Below, in pieces: positions 8,639 through 18,851 of a stretch of 64,000 nt of DNA. Below the pieces are notes generated by a model. That model saw only the letters and a list, made by a program, of their open reading frames with translations, was not told the origin of the DNA and made no database searches. This stretch comes from Phycisphaerales bacterium (GTDB lineage: Bacteria > Planctomycetota > Phycisphaerae > Tepidisphaerales > Tepidisphaeraceae): the NCBI GenBank assembly GCA_020847375.1, contig JADLCB010000002.1, positions 11,877 to 75,876 on the forward strand, given 5' to 3'. The first letter of the stretch is position 1, and every line of letters begins with the position of its first letter. The position numbers were made by a program, and so were the translations under genes.

Positions 8639-9795
8639 ACAGCGCCATGACAATAATGCGCCAAGGGTGGTTCTCTCCAGCACGCTTCTGGTCGATTCTG
8701 GTCAAGGAGTTCATCCAGATGCGCCGCGATCGCCTGACCTTCGGCATGATGATCGGTATTCCGTTGTTACAGCTCATCATCTTCGGTTACGCGATCAACT
8801 CCGATCCCAAGCACCTGCCGACCGCAGTCCTCCTAGCCGATGACGGGCCGCACGTGCGCACGATTTTGTCAGCGATGAAAAACAGCGGCTATTTTGATTT
8901 GACCCTGCTGGCCAGCAGTGAAACCCAAGCCCGGCAACTGCTGGCACGCGGACAGGTGCAGTTCGTCATCAGCATTCCACCCGACTTCACACGCGATCTA
9001 TTGCGCGGCGACCGCCCCACCGTGCTGGTCGAAGCCGATGCAAGCGACCCCGCCGCTACCAGTAATGCCCTGGCGGCGATGAAAACAATCATGAACGGAT
9101 CATTGCGGGCTGATTTGAAAGGGCCGACGGCATCGCTTAATGCCAGCGATGGCCCGATTCATCTGGCCGTGCATGGTCTGTACAACCCCGAGGCAATCAC
9201 GCAATACAACATCATCCCGGGGTTGATGGGCGTGGTGCTGACCATGACCATGGTGATGATTACTTCTGTCGCAATCACCCGTGAAAGCGAACGCGGGACG
9301 ATGGAAAATCTGCTGGCGATGCCAACACGACCTCTGGAAGTACTGATCGGTAAAATTATCCCTTATACACTGGTCGGTTATGTGCAGATGGGGCTGATCC
9401 TTCTGGCCGCCTATTTTATTTTTGATGTATATGTCACCGGGAGTTACCTACTGCTGCTGGCGATCTCACTCCCATTTATCTGCGCCAACCTCGGGGTGGG
9501 CATCACTTTTTCCACCATCGCCCGAAATCAATTGCAGGCGTTGCAGATGTCCTTTTTCTTCTTCCTGCCGTCGCTGCTGCTATCGGGGTTCATGTTCCCC
9601 TTTCGCGGCATGCCGCAATGGGCACAGACCATCGGGCAGATGCTGCCGCTGACGCATTACCTGCGCGTTGTGCGCGGCATTACCCTTAAGGCCAGTGGGT
9701 TGGGGGATATTGTGTTTGAACTCTGGCCGATCGGTGTGTTTCTGGTGCTCTCGCTGGCGGTGGGCGTTGCGCGCTATCGGCGAACCCTGGATTAG
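8635..9795 (+). CDS. ABC-2 type transporter permease (YbhS/YbhR-like)
   Basis: 386 aa. It has an N-terminal TM segment, a large periplasmic loop and a C-terminal cluster of hydrophobic helices. It is translationally coupled to the ATPase. Confidence 0.85.
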   Translation: MNSAMTIMRQGWFSPARFWSILVKEFIQMRRDRLTFGMMIGIPLLQLIIFGYAINSDPKHLPTAVLLADDGPHVRTILSAMKNSGYFDLTLLASSETQARQLLARGQVQFVISIPPDFTRDLLRGDRPTVLVEADASDPAATSNALAAMKTIMNGSLRADLKGPTASLNASDGPIHLAVHGLYNPEAITQYNIIPGLMGVVLTMTMVMITSVAITRESERGTMENLLAMPTRPLEVLIGKIIPYTLVGYVQMGLILLAAYFIFDVYVTGSYLLLLAISLPFICANLGVGITFSTIARNQLQALQMSFFFFLPSLLLSGFMFPFRGMPQWAQTIGQMLPLTHYLRVVRGITLKASGLGDIVFELWPIGVFLVLSLAVGVARYRRTLD

Positions 9796-9815
9796 ATTCT
9801 TCCCCAGCGAATTTG

Positions 9816-12800
9816 CTACCGGACATTGCCGCGAAAATCCGTAACCTGCAACTGATTGGTCCGCAGATTATAGCGAGCCATGCCGAAGGAACCGGTGGAC
9901 AAACCGCGGCTGATGCGCACGGGCCGGGTGTCGCTACCGGTTGCAATCATCAAACTGGCGGCCGGTTCGTATTGAACCTGCGACGCTTCCAGATCAATCC
10001 CGCTGGAGGAAAACTGAACTTCATCCTGGGCGACGAAACGCTGCAACTGGCGCGGGGTGATGGAAGAATCACCGACAATCACAGCTGATGGTTTGCTGGC
10101 AAGCGCAGCCGTTGACGGGAGCATCTGCGCTGTCACGGTCTGAGCCTGCAAAATAAATCCGGGTTGGCTTTGATGTCCGCCAGCCTCGGGTTCATGATTG
10201 ATCAGAACATCCCCCTGCATCGTGATCGTGCCGGCTGTTTCCTCATAGACCAGCCGCTTATCCCACCTCATCGCGGTAGCGCCAGCCAGTTTGTCCTGAT
10301 CGGGATGAGCAGCCAGCGCAGCCGGTGATGGATGATCTTCAAACAACAGCCTGCCCGGGCTGTCAATCGTCATCGTGCGGGCAAGAAGATCGTAAACCAA
10401 CACGCGCCCGCGCAATATGAAGCGGCGCAAAACCTCATCCTTTTCACCGGTACGCAGCGAGTCAACAGTAACTTCGCCGCTGAGTGTGGCCGAGCGCACC
10501 ACTTTATCTGCCAGAAGCGGGCGGTCTGGCTGATCCGATTTTTTGGGCGCCCGATCGGCTGGGGCATCCTGCAGCAGCATGACCAACTGGTCGCCGCGAA
10601 TGGTATGCGTCGTGCCATCAGCCTGTGCCGTCGTAATCACAACGGATTTATTGACATCAATGCGATTGGCCTTGCCATCCACCACCACGCCTTGCTGCCA
10701 CTGTACTGTAACCGGCTGGGCCGATGGGTGGACATCAGCAGATTGTTCATTGCGCGAAGCCTGATCGGGCTGGATCGCATCCCCCTGCACCTGCAGCGTA
10801 CCAGCGCCGATGATGGTGGCTTTCTGTTCAGCCGACGCCACCTGAATCTGCGGGCCGGTGAGACTATTGGCGCCGTCACTCACCCGGGCATTGCCCAGCA
10901 ACGTGATAAACGGCTGGCCAGCGGTCATCAACACTTCGATCTGATCCGCCGAGGCTTGCTTGCCATCAACGCTCGTGTAGTGCGCGCCGTCCATCGCCAC
11001 GAAATGCTCCAGATCAACCCGTTGCAGCGCAGCCGGCGACACCGACTTCGCTGGCGAAGGCGTTTTGCCACCGGCAACCATGTCGGTGTCCGTTGCCGCA
11101 GCTGACGAGGGCAGGAGTGTGGCAATTAAATGCCCGGCTTTGAATGTCTGTCGCGAATCGCTGGCAACGACGTTCCCGTCCGCCTGCGCCTGACGGACAA
11201 ACAGCCGCCCGTTGGTATCAGCCTGGGTTGAAACCATCAGTTGATCAGCGGAGATCGTTTGCTGAACCTGTTGCTCGTTGAGAATCTGACACCACGCCTG
11301 ACCGGTGGCGGTGAGTTGCTTGAGCTGCATCCGCTCGACAGAAGGTGCGGTTGGCGACTGAGCGTGATCAGGCACTGCATTATCAATCGGGTCTGCCCCA
11401 TCATCCATCAGCATATCAAGACGGTCAGCCTTGAGTTTGACCAGTGGATGATCCACATCGACCTGGCCGACCAGTTCGATACGTCGGGCTACCAGCGATT
11501 CAAGCCTGCCGTCAGCCAAATGCAAGATGCACTGCTGATTCCAGCGGGCGGATAGAACCTGGGATTGGGCGACCGTGGCTGAGCGAATCGGCAGGAGGGC
11601 GCGGCTGGGGCCGCTGAATGTAACCGTGCGATTGGGCAACGAGTAGAGCAACGACCGGCTTTCAACGGTTGCGCCCTTGCCATCATCCATCACCAGCGGA
11701 TAAATATCCGAGGCATCGAGTGACAATTGTTCCGCCGAGGTATCGTAGGTCATGGAACGCGCCTGGAGGCGGGCGGTTTCCTGAAATAGTTGCAGGGGCG
11801 AACCAACCATATGGATGTTGGCCGCACCGGCGGCAGGCTGCGGCGCATTCTCGGGTAAAATCTCGACGGTCAGCGGCCCGGTCCACAAGATCGTAATGGG
11901 CTGTGTTTCGGTTGTTGGTTCATCCGCTGACGGCGATGAGGGTGGCACTGGCGAGATTGCGCCGGCGCGTGTTGCTGGCGCAGCGGCTGGTGCCGCAGTC
12001 GATTCTGCAGCAGGCTGCGTCGCGGTTTTCTCGTTCGTCAGCGCTTGACGGGCATGCCCCAGATTAAAATCAACGAATAGTTCATCAGCCCGTGCCGTTT
12101 CCACCTGGCTGCGCAGAATGCGCACATTTTCCGTAAAGGTTGCGCGGTAGGCCGGCGCAGCTTGAGGAACATCGGTTTGCTGTTGCTGATCGGCAGCAAT
12201 CGCGTCACCCATTGCGCGACCGGCAGCAATAGAATGATCCGCGACCGCCAGTTGAATGGCCGGGCGGTTGTTGCCAGCGGTGCCAGAGGCGGTCGGGCTG
12301 TCAGAAGCGGAGAACTGAACCGGCAAAGCCGACGCTGAGACCTCCCGGGTTTGGTGGCTGATTGACGTGCGCTGAAGAACCTGGGGATTTTTAATAACCA
12401 GCCGGTCACCATGCGCAATTTCCAGAAAATCGAGCTGCCGATCTTTTTCGTTCCAGCGGAGGGTCAGCCCCTGGCCGGAAAAATCATAATCCCGACCTGT
12501 CACAACCACCGGCACGCGATCCGCCGAAACAGCGCGCGAATCAATTTCAGTGTCACTGGTAAAAATACGGGCTGTCTCATTGTCAAAAGCAGCGTTATCC
12601 ATTGTCAGGCGCAAAATCTGGGTGGGATTTTCGGGCGAATCCTGATCCAGCGCCTGTTGCGAGTCGAACAGATCGATGCGCACATCATGCAGCTCGCCGC
12701 GGGTGGGTGCCTGGTTGGCGCTGCCGAGATTGCGCGGATTTTCACCGGGCTGAGGCAATCGCGACATCGCAACAATGCCATCGCGACCACTGACACGCAG

Positions 12801-13109
12801 GCGTTGACCGTTGGACATGAAAAAAACCGCCTGAGGGTCGGCCACATGAACGCGCCCATCTTTGCGGGGATCATAGCGCGAAGCGCGAAACCGCGAGATG
12901 ACACGCCATTTTTGATCGCGCATCTCGACCCAGGCGGATTCGCCGCTGCCAATCAGCGTCTGCGGATCATCCGGCGGAGCAATCAGCGGATCATCGCTGA
13001 GGCTCGTCGGCGGTTTCACCACGACCGGGCTGGTCTGCAGCATCGTATAGCCGAAGAACAGGCCGATGAGCAGTGCCAAAGTACCGACAATAAGCAGCGA
13101 TGAACGCAA
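9816..13109 (-). CDS. Giant (1097 aa) N-terminally membrane-anchored protein of unknown function, possibly with repeated OstA/LptA-like beta modules
   Basis: It has a TTG start and a single N-terminal TM segment, LLIVGTLALLIGLFFGYTML. Beta-rich segments recur with the pattern '...ADQLxV...G.V.V...', for example ISADQLMVSTQADTNGRLFVRQAQADGNVVA, IRGDQLVMLLQD, LKADRLDMLMDDG and ASADQIEVLMTAGQPFITLLGNARVSDG. Ala/Pro/Ser-rich linkers separate them. Confidence 0.6.
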   Translation of the reverse strand: MRSSLLIVGTLALLIGLFFGYTMLQTSPVVVKPPTSLSDDPLIAPPDDPQTLIGSGESAWVEMRDQKWRVISRFRASRYDPRKDGRVHVADPQAVFFMSNGQRLRVSGRDGIVAMSRLPQPGENPRNLGSANQAPTRGELHDVRIDLFDSQQALDQDSPENPTQILRLTMDNAAFDNETARIFTSDTEIDSRAVSADRVPVVVTGRDYDFSGQGLTLRWNEKDRQLDFLEIAHGDRLVIKNPQVLQRTSISHQTREVSASALPVQFSASDSPTASGTAGNNRPAIQLAVADHSIAAGRAMGDAIAADQQQQTDVPQAAPAYRATFTENVRILRSQVETARADELFVDFNLGHARQALTNEKTATQPAAESTAAPAAAPATRAGAISPVPPSSPSADEPTTETQPITILWTGPLTVEILPENAPQPAAGAANIHMVGSPLQLFQETARLQARSMTYDTSAEQLSLDASDIYPLVMDDGKGATVESRSLLYSLPNRTVTFSGPSRALLPIRSATVAQSQVLSARWNQQCILHLADGRLESLVARRIELVGQVDVDHPLVKLKADRLDMLMDDGADPIDNAVPDHAQSPTAPSVERMQLKQLTATGQAWCQILNEQQVQQTISADQLMVSTQADTNGRLFVRQAQADGNVVASDSRQTFKAGHLIATLLPSSAAATDTDMVAGGKTPSPAKSVSPAALQRVDLEHFVAMDGAHYTSVDGKQASADQIEVLMTAGQPFITLLGNARVSDGANSLTGPQIQVASAEQKATIIGAGTLQVQGDAIQPDQASRNEQSADVHPSAQPVTVQWQQGVVVDGKANRIDVNKSVVITTAQADGTTHTIRGDQLVMLLQDAPADRAPKKSDQPDRPLLADKVVRSATLSGEVTVDSLRTGEKDEVLRRFILRGRVLVYDLLARTMTIDSPGRLLFEDHPSPAALAAHPDQDKLAGATAMRWDKRLVYEETAGTITMQGDVLINHEPEAGGHQSQPGFILQAQTVTAQMLPSTAALASKPSAVIVGDSSITPRQLQRFVAQDEVQFSSSGIDLEASQVQYEPAASLMIATGSDTRPVRISRGLSTGSFGMARYNLRTNQLQVTDFRGNVR

Positions 13110-13184
13110 TGATGATTTTCCCTAATGCCCGCAGCGGCGAGATCAATCGGCCACCGGCGGAAACGATCAATTCACCCACACAAA

Positions 13185-13682
13185 CTATTCCAGCTCTGTC
13201 TGCAAAACGGTTTGCGTCTGTTGCTGACGATATTGGTTCAAACGTGCCATCAATTCCGGTCGCGCCAGGGCCAGAATCGCAACCGCCATCAGCGCCGCGT
13301 TGATCGCGCCAGCTTTGCCAATGGCCAAAGTGCCCACCGGCACGCCGGCCGGCATCTGAACGATGCTCAACAAAGAGTCCATCCCATTGAGCGCATGCGA
13401 CTGCACGGGCACGCCCAACACAGGCAGCGGTGTCTGGGCAGCGCACATTCCCGGAAGGTGGGCTGCCCCACCGGCACCGGCGATAATCACCTGCACACCG
13501 CGCTGCTGGGCTTGGCGCGAAAACTCCGCCAGCCTGTCAGGAGTACGATGCGCTGAAACAATTTTTGTTTCATGCGGAACCTCAAACTGCTCCAGCATCT
13601 GGGCGGCATGACGCATTGTCTCCCAGTCGCTCTTGGAACCCATGATCACAGCCACCAGCGGTTTAGCGGTTTGCTCTGCCAT
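13185..13682 (-). CDS. purE: 5-(carboxyamino)imidazole ribonucleotide mutase
   Basis: 165 aa with [42 protein letters not shown] and [14 protein letters not shown]. Confidence 0.95.
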   Translation of the reverse strand: MAEQTAKPLVAVIMGSKSDWETMRHAAQMLEQFEVPHETKIVSAHRTPDRLAEFSRQAQQRGVQVIIAGAGGAAHLPGMCAAQTPLPVLGVPVQSHALNGMDSLLSIVQMPAGVPVGTLAIGKAGAINAALMAVAILALARPELMARLNQYRQQQTQTVLQTELE

Positions 13683-13710
13683 AATGACGTTTTATCCGTA
13701 AGGCCATCAA

Positions 13711-13748
13711 CGAGCAAACGCCCGCAAGCTCCTCCAGCCTTGCGGGCG
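13711..13748 (-). terminator. Intrinsic terminator after the redoxin gene
   Basis: The 10-bp GC stem CGCCCGCAAG (13719-13728) / CTTGCGGGCG (13739-13748) is followed on the minus strand by TTTGCTCGTT. Confidence 0.55.
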
Positions 13749-13798
13749 TTAAGATCAAAGCACAATTATTGGAACAGTGCGTCAGCCTGGGAGGGGTT

Positions 13799-14422
13799 TC
13801 AAGGAACCATGGGGCAACCATTAACGGTTGTTTCCGGCACTTGAACATCGCTGTAGTTCAGCGTGGCATCAATCGCCAACTGAAGATAGTTCCTGCGGAC
13901 ATTGACATTCTGCCGGTCATCGTCAAGCGCACCCGCATAGCGCAACACGCCATGACGGCCGACCACATAAAATGCAGGGGTCTGGGTTACGCCAAAGGAG
14001 TGGGCAACCTGGCTGGCTGGGTCAAGCAGTGTTGGAAACCTCTGGTCGAGCAGGCGGCGCTGAACACGCAGTTCGGTCAAAAAGGCTGGGTCGATCACCT
14101 TTGAACCTGACACGATCGACACGAATTGAACTGGTTTATCGGCAAAAGTGCTGACCAGTTGATTGATCCGTGTGTTGTAGAGATTGGTTACAGGGCAGCG
14201 TGGATCTGTGAACATCACCACAACCACCTGATCACGAAAATCCTTCAGGTGAACGACATCGCCATCAAGATTATTCAGGCTGAAGTCGCGGACTACCGCC
14301 TGGATCTGAGCCGATGGATAGGTGACTGACATCGAACGCGCTGCCAGCACGCTAATAAATGACGTTATCGCGATGGCTGTCAGGGTTAGACCTGCAAATG
14401 CAGAGAGTTTTCGGGCCGTCAT
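13799..14422 (-). CDS. Secreted thioredoxin-fold (redoxin/TlpA-like) protein
   Basis: It has a signal or anchor segment, then VVVVMFTDPRCPVTNLY (CxxT rather than CxxC) and GVTQTPAFYVVGRHG. I prefer the ATG at 14422, which is preceded by AAGGAGAAAGG on the minus strand. Confidence 0.7.
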   Translation of the reverse strand: MTARKLSAFAGLTLTAIAITSFISVLAARSMSVTYPSAQIQAVVRDFSLNNLDGDVVHLKDFRDQVVVVMFTDPRCPVTNLYNTRINQLVSTFADKPVQFVSIVSGSKVIDPAFLTELRVQRRLLDQRFPTLLDPASQVAHSFGVTQTPAFYVVGRHGVLRYAGALDDDRQNVNVRRNYLQLAIDATLNYSDVQVPETTVNGCPMVP

Positions 14423-14691
14423 GCATTTCCTTTCTCCTTCTCTCGCACTCACGGACATGGTCAAATCAACCGTGCCTTAAAACGACACCAGTCAATTCAA
14501 TCTGGGCTAATCATACTCCAAAAATCAGAATAGACAAGAAAAATTATTTTTTATGTCAAATCACCCCAGAAACACCTCGAATTTCTCCTGTTTTTCTTGT
14601 TTTTATCGATATTAACCGCTGTTGAATGTCAGTGAGGCACTTGATCTGTATTGAACGGAATCAGGAGAATCTTCGCGGTATTTTCGACCGT

Positions 14692-15642
14692 TTATTGACC
14701 ATCGATGGTGCGCACCAGCTCGACCAGATAATCCAGCCCTGGCGTGGCAGCTTTCGCTGCGGCGGCGGCGCGGGCTGGGGCGGCCAGAATCGCTTCGATT
14801 TCCATGGGTCGGCCGAGCTGGCGATCAACCTGCATGCTGGTGCGATAGGCGGCCATTTGCCGTGTTTTTTCGATCTGCTGATCGATCATTGCCACCGGAA
14901 GCGGCAAATTCAAAGCGCCCGCTGCATCGATCACTTCCTGCATCAACTGACGGACCAACTTTTCACCCGCCGGGCTGGCCAGAAGGCGATCCGTGGTTAA
15001 ATCCAACGCTGCGCCAAGGCCATTGAACGGCACGTTCCAGACCAATTTTTCCCATCGTCCCAGCTCGAGATTCTCAATCGCCTGGCAGGGAACCTGACTT
15101 TGGTTGAACAGGCCCGCCAGCCAGCGTGAATAATCCGGTTGGTGCGGGACATACTGACCCAGACGAATCAAACCGTGGGCACTGTGATGAATCTGACCGC
15201 CCGGCAGGCGATTGCAACAAATAAACGCCAGTCCGCCATAGACACGCGCCCCACCAAACGCATCAGCCAGTATCTGTTCATTTCCCAAGCCGTTTTGCAG
15301 CGTGAGGATCAGGCTGGTCGGGTGCAGCAAGGGGGCGACCAGCTCAGGCAGGCGATGATTGGCGGTGGTCTTGAGGGTGACGATCACCACGTCAGCCGGG
15401 GGCATGACAGCCGGATCGCTGTAGACCTGCAACTGCTGCGGCGACAACGAAAAATCGCCGGCATGGCTGGCGATATGCCAGCCGTGCTCGCGCACCTGGT
15501 CATAATCGCTGCGCAACAGGAAGTGGACATCCTGACCATGTTGAGCCAGACGGCCGCCGTAGTAGGCGCCGATGGCGCCGGCGCCGACAATCGCAATCAC
15601 CGGTCGGCGGGCAAAAGAGGGTGTCGGCACGGGCGCTTCCAT
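14692..15642 (-). CDS. panE: 2-dehydropantoate 2-reductase
   Basis: 316 aa with the Rossmann motif IAIVGAGAIGAYYGGRLA and a PanE/ApbA-like C-terminal domain. Confidence 0.8.
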   Translation of the reverse strand: MEAPVPTPSFARRPVIAIVGAGAIGAYYGGRLAQHGQDVHFLLRSDYDQVREHGWHIASHAGDFSLSPQQLQVYSDPAVMPPADVVIVTLKTTANHRLPELVAPLLHPTSLILTLQNGLGNEQILADAFGGARVYGGLAFICCNRLPGGQIHHSAHGLIRLGQYVPHQPDYSRWLAGLFNQSQVPCQAIENLELGRWEKLVWNVPFNGLGAALDLTTDRLLASPAGEKLVRQLMQEVIDAAGALNLPLPVAMIDQQIEKTRQMAAYRTSMQVDRQLGRPMEIEAILAAPARAAAAAKAATPGLDYLVELVRTIDGQ

Positions 15643-15843
15643 AAACAGACAATATCGCTCGCTGGTCAGTGTATCAATTCATCGCGATCATCGTGGGGAC
15701 GGCACCATCATTGCAGCGACGAAAATTTAACACTGGACAATTCTTGCGCGATACTGTTCACTTTTACTGGACAGTATTTACTAAATGCAATGTATAACTA
15801 TACTTGGTATCAGCTCATTTAACTCGGGAAAGGAGATCCGTCT

Positions 15844-17595
15844 ATGGCGGATGAACGGATGACCTTATCAGGCATCAACTGGCGTCAGACTTTTACTTTT
15901 ACCCATCTGTTTCGTGCCTTCAGGGTGGCAATTCACCCCTCGAAACTGATTCTTGGGTTGCTGCTTTTACTGGCAGTCTACTTCGGTGGCCGCGTGCTGG
16001 ATTGCATCTGGCCGGACAAGTATTCAGCCACCACTGCCGAAGTCAGCCGCTATGCGATGCTGATGGGCCAGCCCGAAACCAGCAAACAACTGGACGCGCA
16101 GCGCCAAATCGATCGCAAGATGGTGGCTGATCGCTATCTGAGTCTGTTGCTGCAGTACAAGGTTTATGAATCGCCCAGCGAAGACGCGCGAAAAGCAGCG
16201 GATCGTGGTGAGCGTTATTCGGAACTCAAGGGCAAGATCAAGCTCACCCTGGCAGATCATCTCAAATCAGCTCAGGAGCAGTACGAAAAAGATCAGTCTG
16301 CCGCCAAGGATAAAAGCGGCGATGAAAAGAAAAACCTCCTGAAGCAGGCGCAGGATCGTCATGACACCGCCATCAAGGGCATCTATGCCGGTGCCCTGTC
16401 GGATCTGGACAGCATCAAGGCGATCAGCGGCCAGGGTCTGTTCATCACGTTCTTCAAATACGAGATCACCCAGGTGGACAACCTCGTGGGTAATGTGATG
16501 GACTGGAACTGGGCGCTTAATGGCGGAATTCTGGGCAACGTCTACAACTTCGTCGCGGTTGGCCCGTCGTGGCTGTTGATGATCCACCCGGTCTACTTCG
16601 TCATTTTCTTTGTTTATTTTCTGATTGTCTGGGCCATTTTCGGCGGTGCCATCACCCGTATTGCTGCGGTGCATGTTGCCCGTGATGAAAAAATATCCGT
16701 ACGGGCAGCGCTGAAATTCTCGCTCAGCAAACTGTTGAGTTTTGTGTTTGCTCCGATCATCCCGCTTTTGATTATCGTGGGTATCGGCGTTGCGGTATTT
16801 GTGCTGGGACTGGTCGGAAGCATTCCCTTCATCGGGCCGATCATCCTGGGATTGTTTTTCTTCCTGGCGCTGGCCGCCGGTTTTATCATGACCCTGGTGC
16901 TGCTGGGGTTGATTGGCGGATTCAATCTGATGTATCCGACCATCGCCGTGGAAGGCTCGGACAGTTTCGACGCCATCAGCCGCAGCTTCAGCTATCTCTA
17001 TGCCCGTCCGTGGCGCATGGCGCTGTACACCGCGGTGGCGCTGGTTTACGGAGCTGTCACTTATCTGTTCGTGCGATCGTTTATTTTCCTGACGCTGCTG
17101 TTGTCGCACCGATTCATCGACTGCGGTCTGTTCAAGACCGCGTACAATGGTCGCGACGCCTGGCTGGAAATGTGGCCCAAGCCAACCTGGGCGAACCTGC
17201 CGTATGATTTCAGCACCCTGACCCTGGGTGCCGGTGAAGCAACCGGGGCATGGATGGTCGCGATCTGGAATTATCTGCTCATCGCCCTGCTGGGCGCCTT
17301 TGCCATCGCTTTCTACTTCTCAGCCAACACCATCATTTATTACCTGATGCGGCGTGAGGTCGATAACACGGAAATGGATGATGTCTACGTCGAGCAGGTG
17401 GACGATGATTTCACCGACATCGCCCCGGCCAGCGCTGAACCGTCGCCGGCCAGTTCGTCGATTGCATCCGACGCCCCGGCGTCTGGATCAGCCAATCAGG
17501 CGCATGTCGATACGACACAGGCTCCGCCGACCAGTGAGGGTTCGCCGCCTGATGAAAATCCACCGGCTTCTTCGGAGCAGTCGCAAAATCCATAG
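15844..17595 (+). CDS. Polytopic membrane protein of unknown function
   Basis: 583 aa with a strong RBS (GGAAAGGAG). It has an N-terminal TM segment, a charged coiled-coil-like segment, at least 6 further hydrophobic helices, and an acidic Pro/Ser-rich tail. Confidence 0.7.
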   Translation: MADERMTLSGINWRQTFTFTHLFRAFRVAIHPSKLILGLLLLLAVYFGGRVLDCIWPDKYSATTAEVSRYAMLMGQPETSKQLDAQRQIDRKMVADRYLSLLLQYKVYESPSEDARKAADRGERYSELKGKIKLTLADHLKSAQEQYEKDQSAAKDKSGDEKKNLLKQAQDRHDTAIKGIYAGALSDLDSIKAISGQGLFITFFKYEITQVDNLVGNVMDWNWALNGGILGNVYNFVAVGPSWLLMIHPVYFVIFFVYFLIVWAIFGGAITRIAAVHVARDEKISVRAALKFSLSKLLSFVFAPIIPLLIIVGIGVAVFVLGLVGSIPFIGPIILGLFFFLALAAGFIMTLVLLGLIGGFNLMYPTIAVEGSDSFDAISRSFSYLYARPWRMALYTAVALVYGAVTYLFVRSFIFLTLLLSHRFIDCGLFKTAYNGRDAWLEMWPKPTWANLPYDFSTLTLGAGEATGAWMVAIWNYLLIALLGAFAIAFYFSANTIIYYLMRREVDNTEMDDVYVEQVDDDFTDIAPASAEPSPASSSIASDAPASGSANQAHVDTTQAPPTSEGSPPDENPPASSEQSQNP

Positions 17596-17704
17596 TTCCG
17601 GTGTGACATTTACTTACGGCTTGGCTGATTGGTTGCATGGCCAGTCAGTCAAGCCGCAAGTGTGTCTTGGCAGTATTGCAGCACTATGACCCCAACCGAC
17701 CAAT

Positions 17705-18811
17705 GTGAATCCGACGGCCGATTTTTCCCATCTTCTACCGCATGCCGGCAAACCGCCGCAGCCTGATAATGCGCTGGTCCGATTGGAAGATGGTCTGGAT
17801 CGAAGCTGGTATCGATTAAAATGCGTTGTTGGTCAGGGTGCTGCCAAACAGATCAGGGCATTCACCGGTTATGGCAATGCCCAGGCGGCTTGGATTGGCG
17901 GGCGGGTCTTGTCCGATCAACTGCGCCTGCCGCGCAATGCCGTAAATCACTGGTGGGCCAATCTCATGTCCACCTGGCAGCGTTGTGTGACGGCAGAAGT
18001 TCCCAATGTTCCCGTCCAATGCACCTGGGGCAGCCAGACGATCCAGATCGCCACGGACAGAGAGGGATATTTCAACGTCGTTTTCGAGCCTGCCACCCCA
18101 CCAGCATCGGGCTGGCATGATGTGCAGATCAAATGCGGGACAGTCAGCGCCACGGGTCATATCCTGATCCCGTCGCCAACAGCGCGTTTCGGTGTGATCA
18201 GTGATATGGACGACACGGTCATCCATACCCACCTGGCTGATCCACTGGTTGCACTGGGGTTGACCGTGCTGGCCAATGCCCGCACGCGCCAGCCGCTGGA
18301 GGCCGTTGCGCGGTTGTACCACGCCTTTGAAAATGGCGGGACTAAAACAACCAACGCCCAACGCAATCCGATTTTTTATGTTTCCAGCTCCTCGTGGAAT
18401 CTTCACAACCTGCTGCAGGCGTTTCTTCAGTTCAACGACATTCCTGCCGGCCCGTTGATTTTGCGCGATATTGGTCTGGCCCGCCGGCTGACCCGCGCCC
18501 GCAGCCACTGGCAGAAACTGGAAAACACCTCGCGCATTCTGGCTGCCTACCCACACCTGCCTTTTATTCTCATTGGCGATTCCGGTCAGCAGGACGCCCG
18601 GATTTATCACGAAGTCGTTCGTACGCATCGAGGCCGAATCGCCGCCGTTTATATCCGTAATATCGAACCGCACCGCGTCCACAAGCGCGATGAGCGTGTC
18701 CTTGCCATTGCCCGCCAGGTTCAGGCGCTGGACGTACCCATGCGGTTGGTCAGTGACAGCCGTGAAATTGCGGAACATGCCATTTCGCTGGGGCTGATCA
18801 ATAGTTGGTAA
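17705..18811 (+). CDS. App1-family (DUF2183) phosphatidate phosphatase-like protein
   Basis: 368 aa with a GTG start. It has the HAD-like DxDxT motif ISDMDDTVIHT and a later LIGDSGQQDARIY block. Confidence 0.7.
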   Translation: MNPTADFSHLLPHAGKPPQPDNALVRLEDGLDRSWYRLKCVVGQGAAKQIRAFTGYGNAQAAWIGGRVLSDQLRLPRNAVNHWWANLMSTWQRCVTAEVPNVPVQCTWGSQTIQIATDREGYFNVVFEPATPPASGWHDVQIKCGTVSATGHILIPSPTARFGVISDMDDTVIHTHLADPLVALGLTVLANARTRQPLEAVARLYHAFENGGTKTTNAQRNPIFYVSSSSWNLHNLLQAFLQFNDIPAGPLILRDIGLARRLTRARSHWQKLENTSRILAAYPHLPFILIGDSGQQDARIYHEVVRTHRGRIAAVYIRNIEPHRVHKRDERVLAIARQVQALDVPMRLVSDSREIAEHAISLGLINSW

Positions 18812-18851
18812 GGCGCCGGGCACTAGAGTTAACATAACCAGCCAATCCGCC

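Noticed and set aside
15751-15777. Canonical LexA SOS box
   Set aside because: The half-sites match, but the spacing is 13 nt where the canonical box has 8 (TACTGT-N8-ACAGTA). No lexA or SOS genes are adjacent. It is kept only as a generic inverted-repeat observation.
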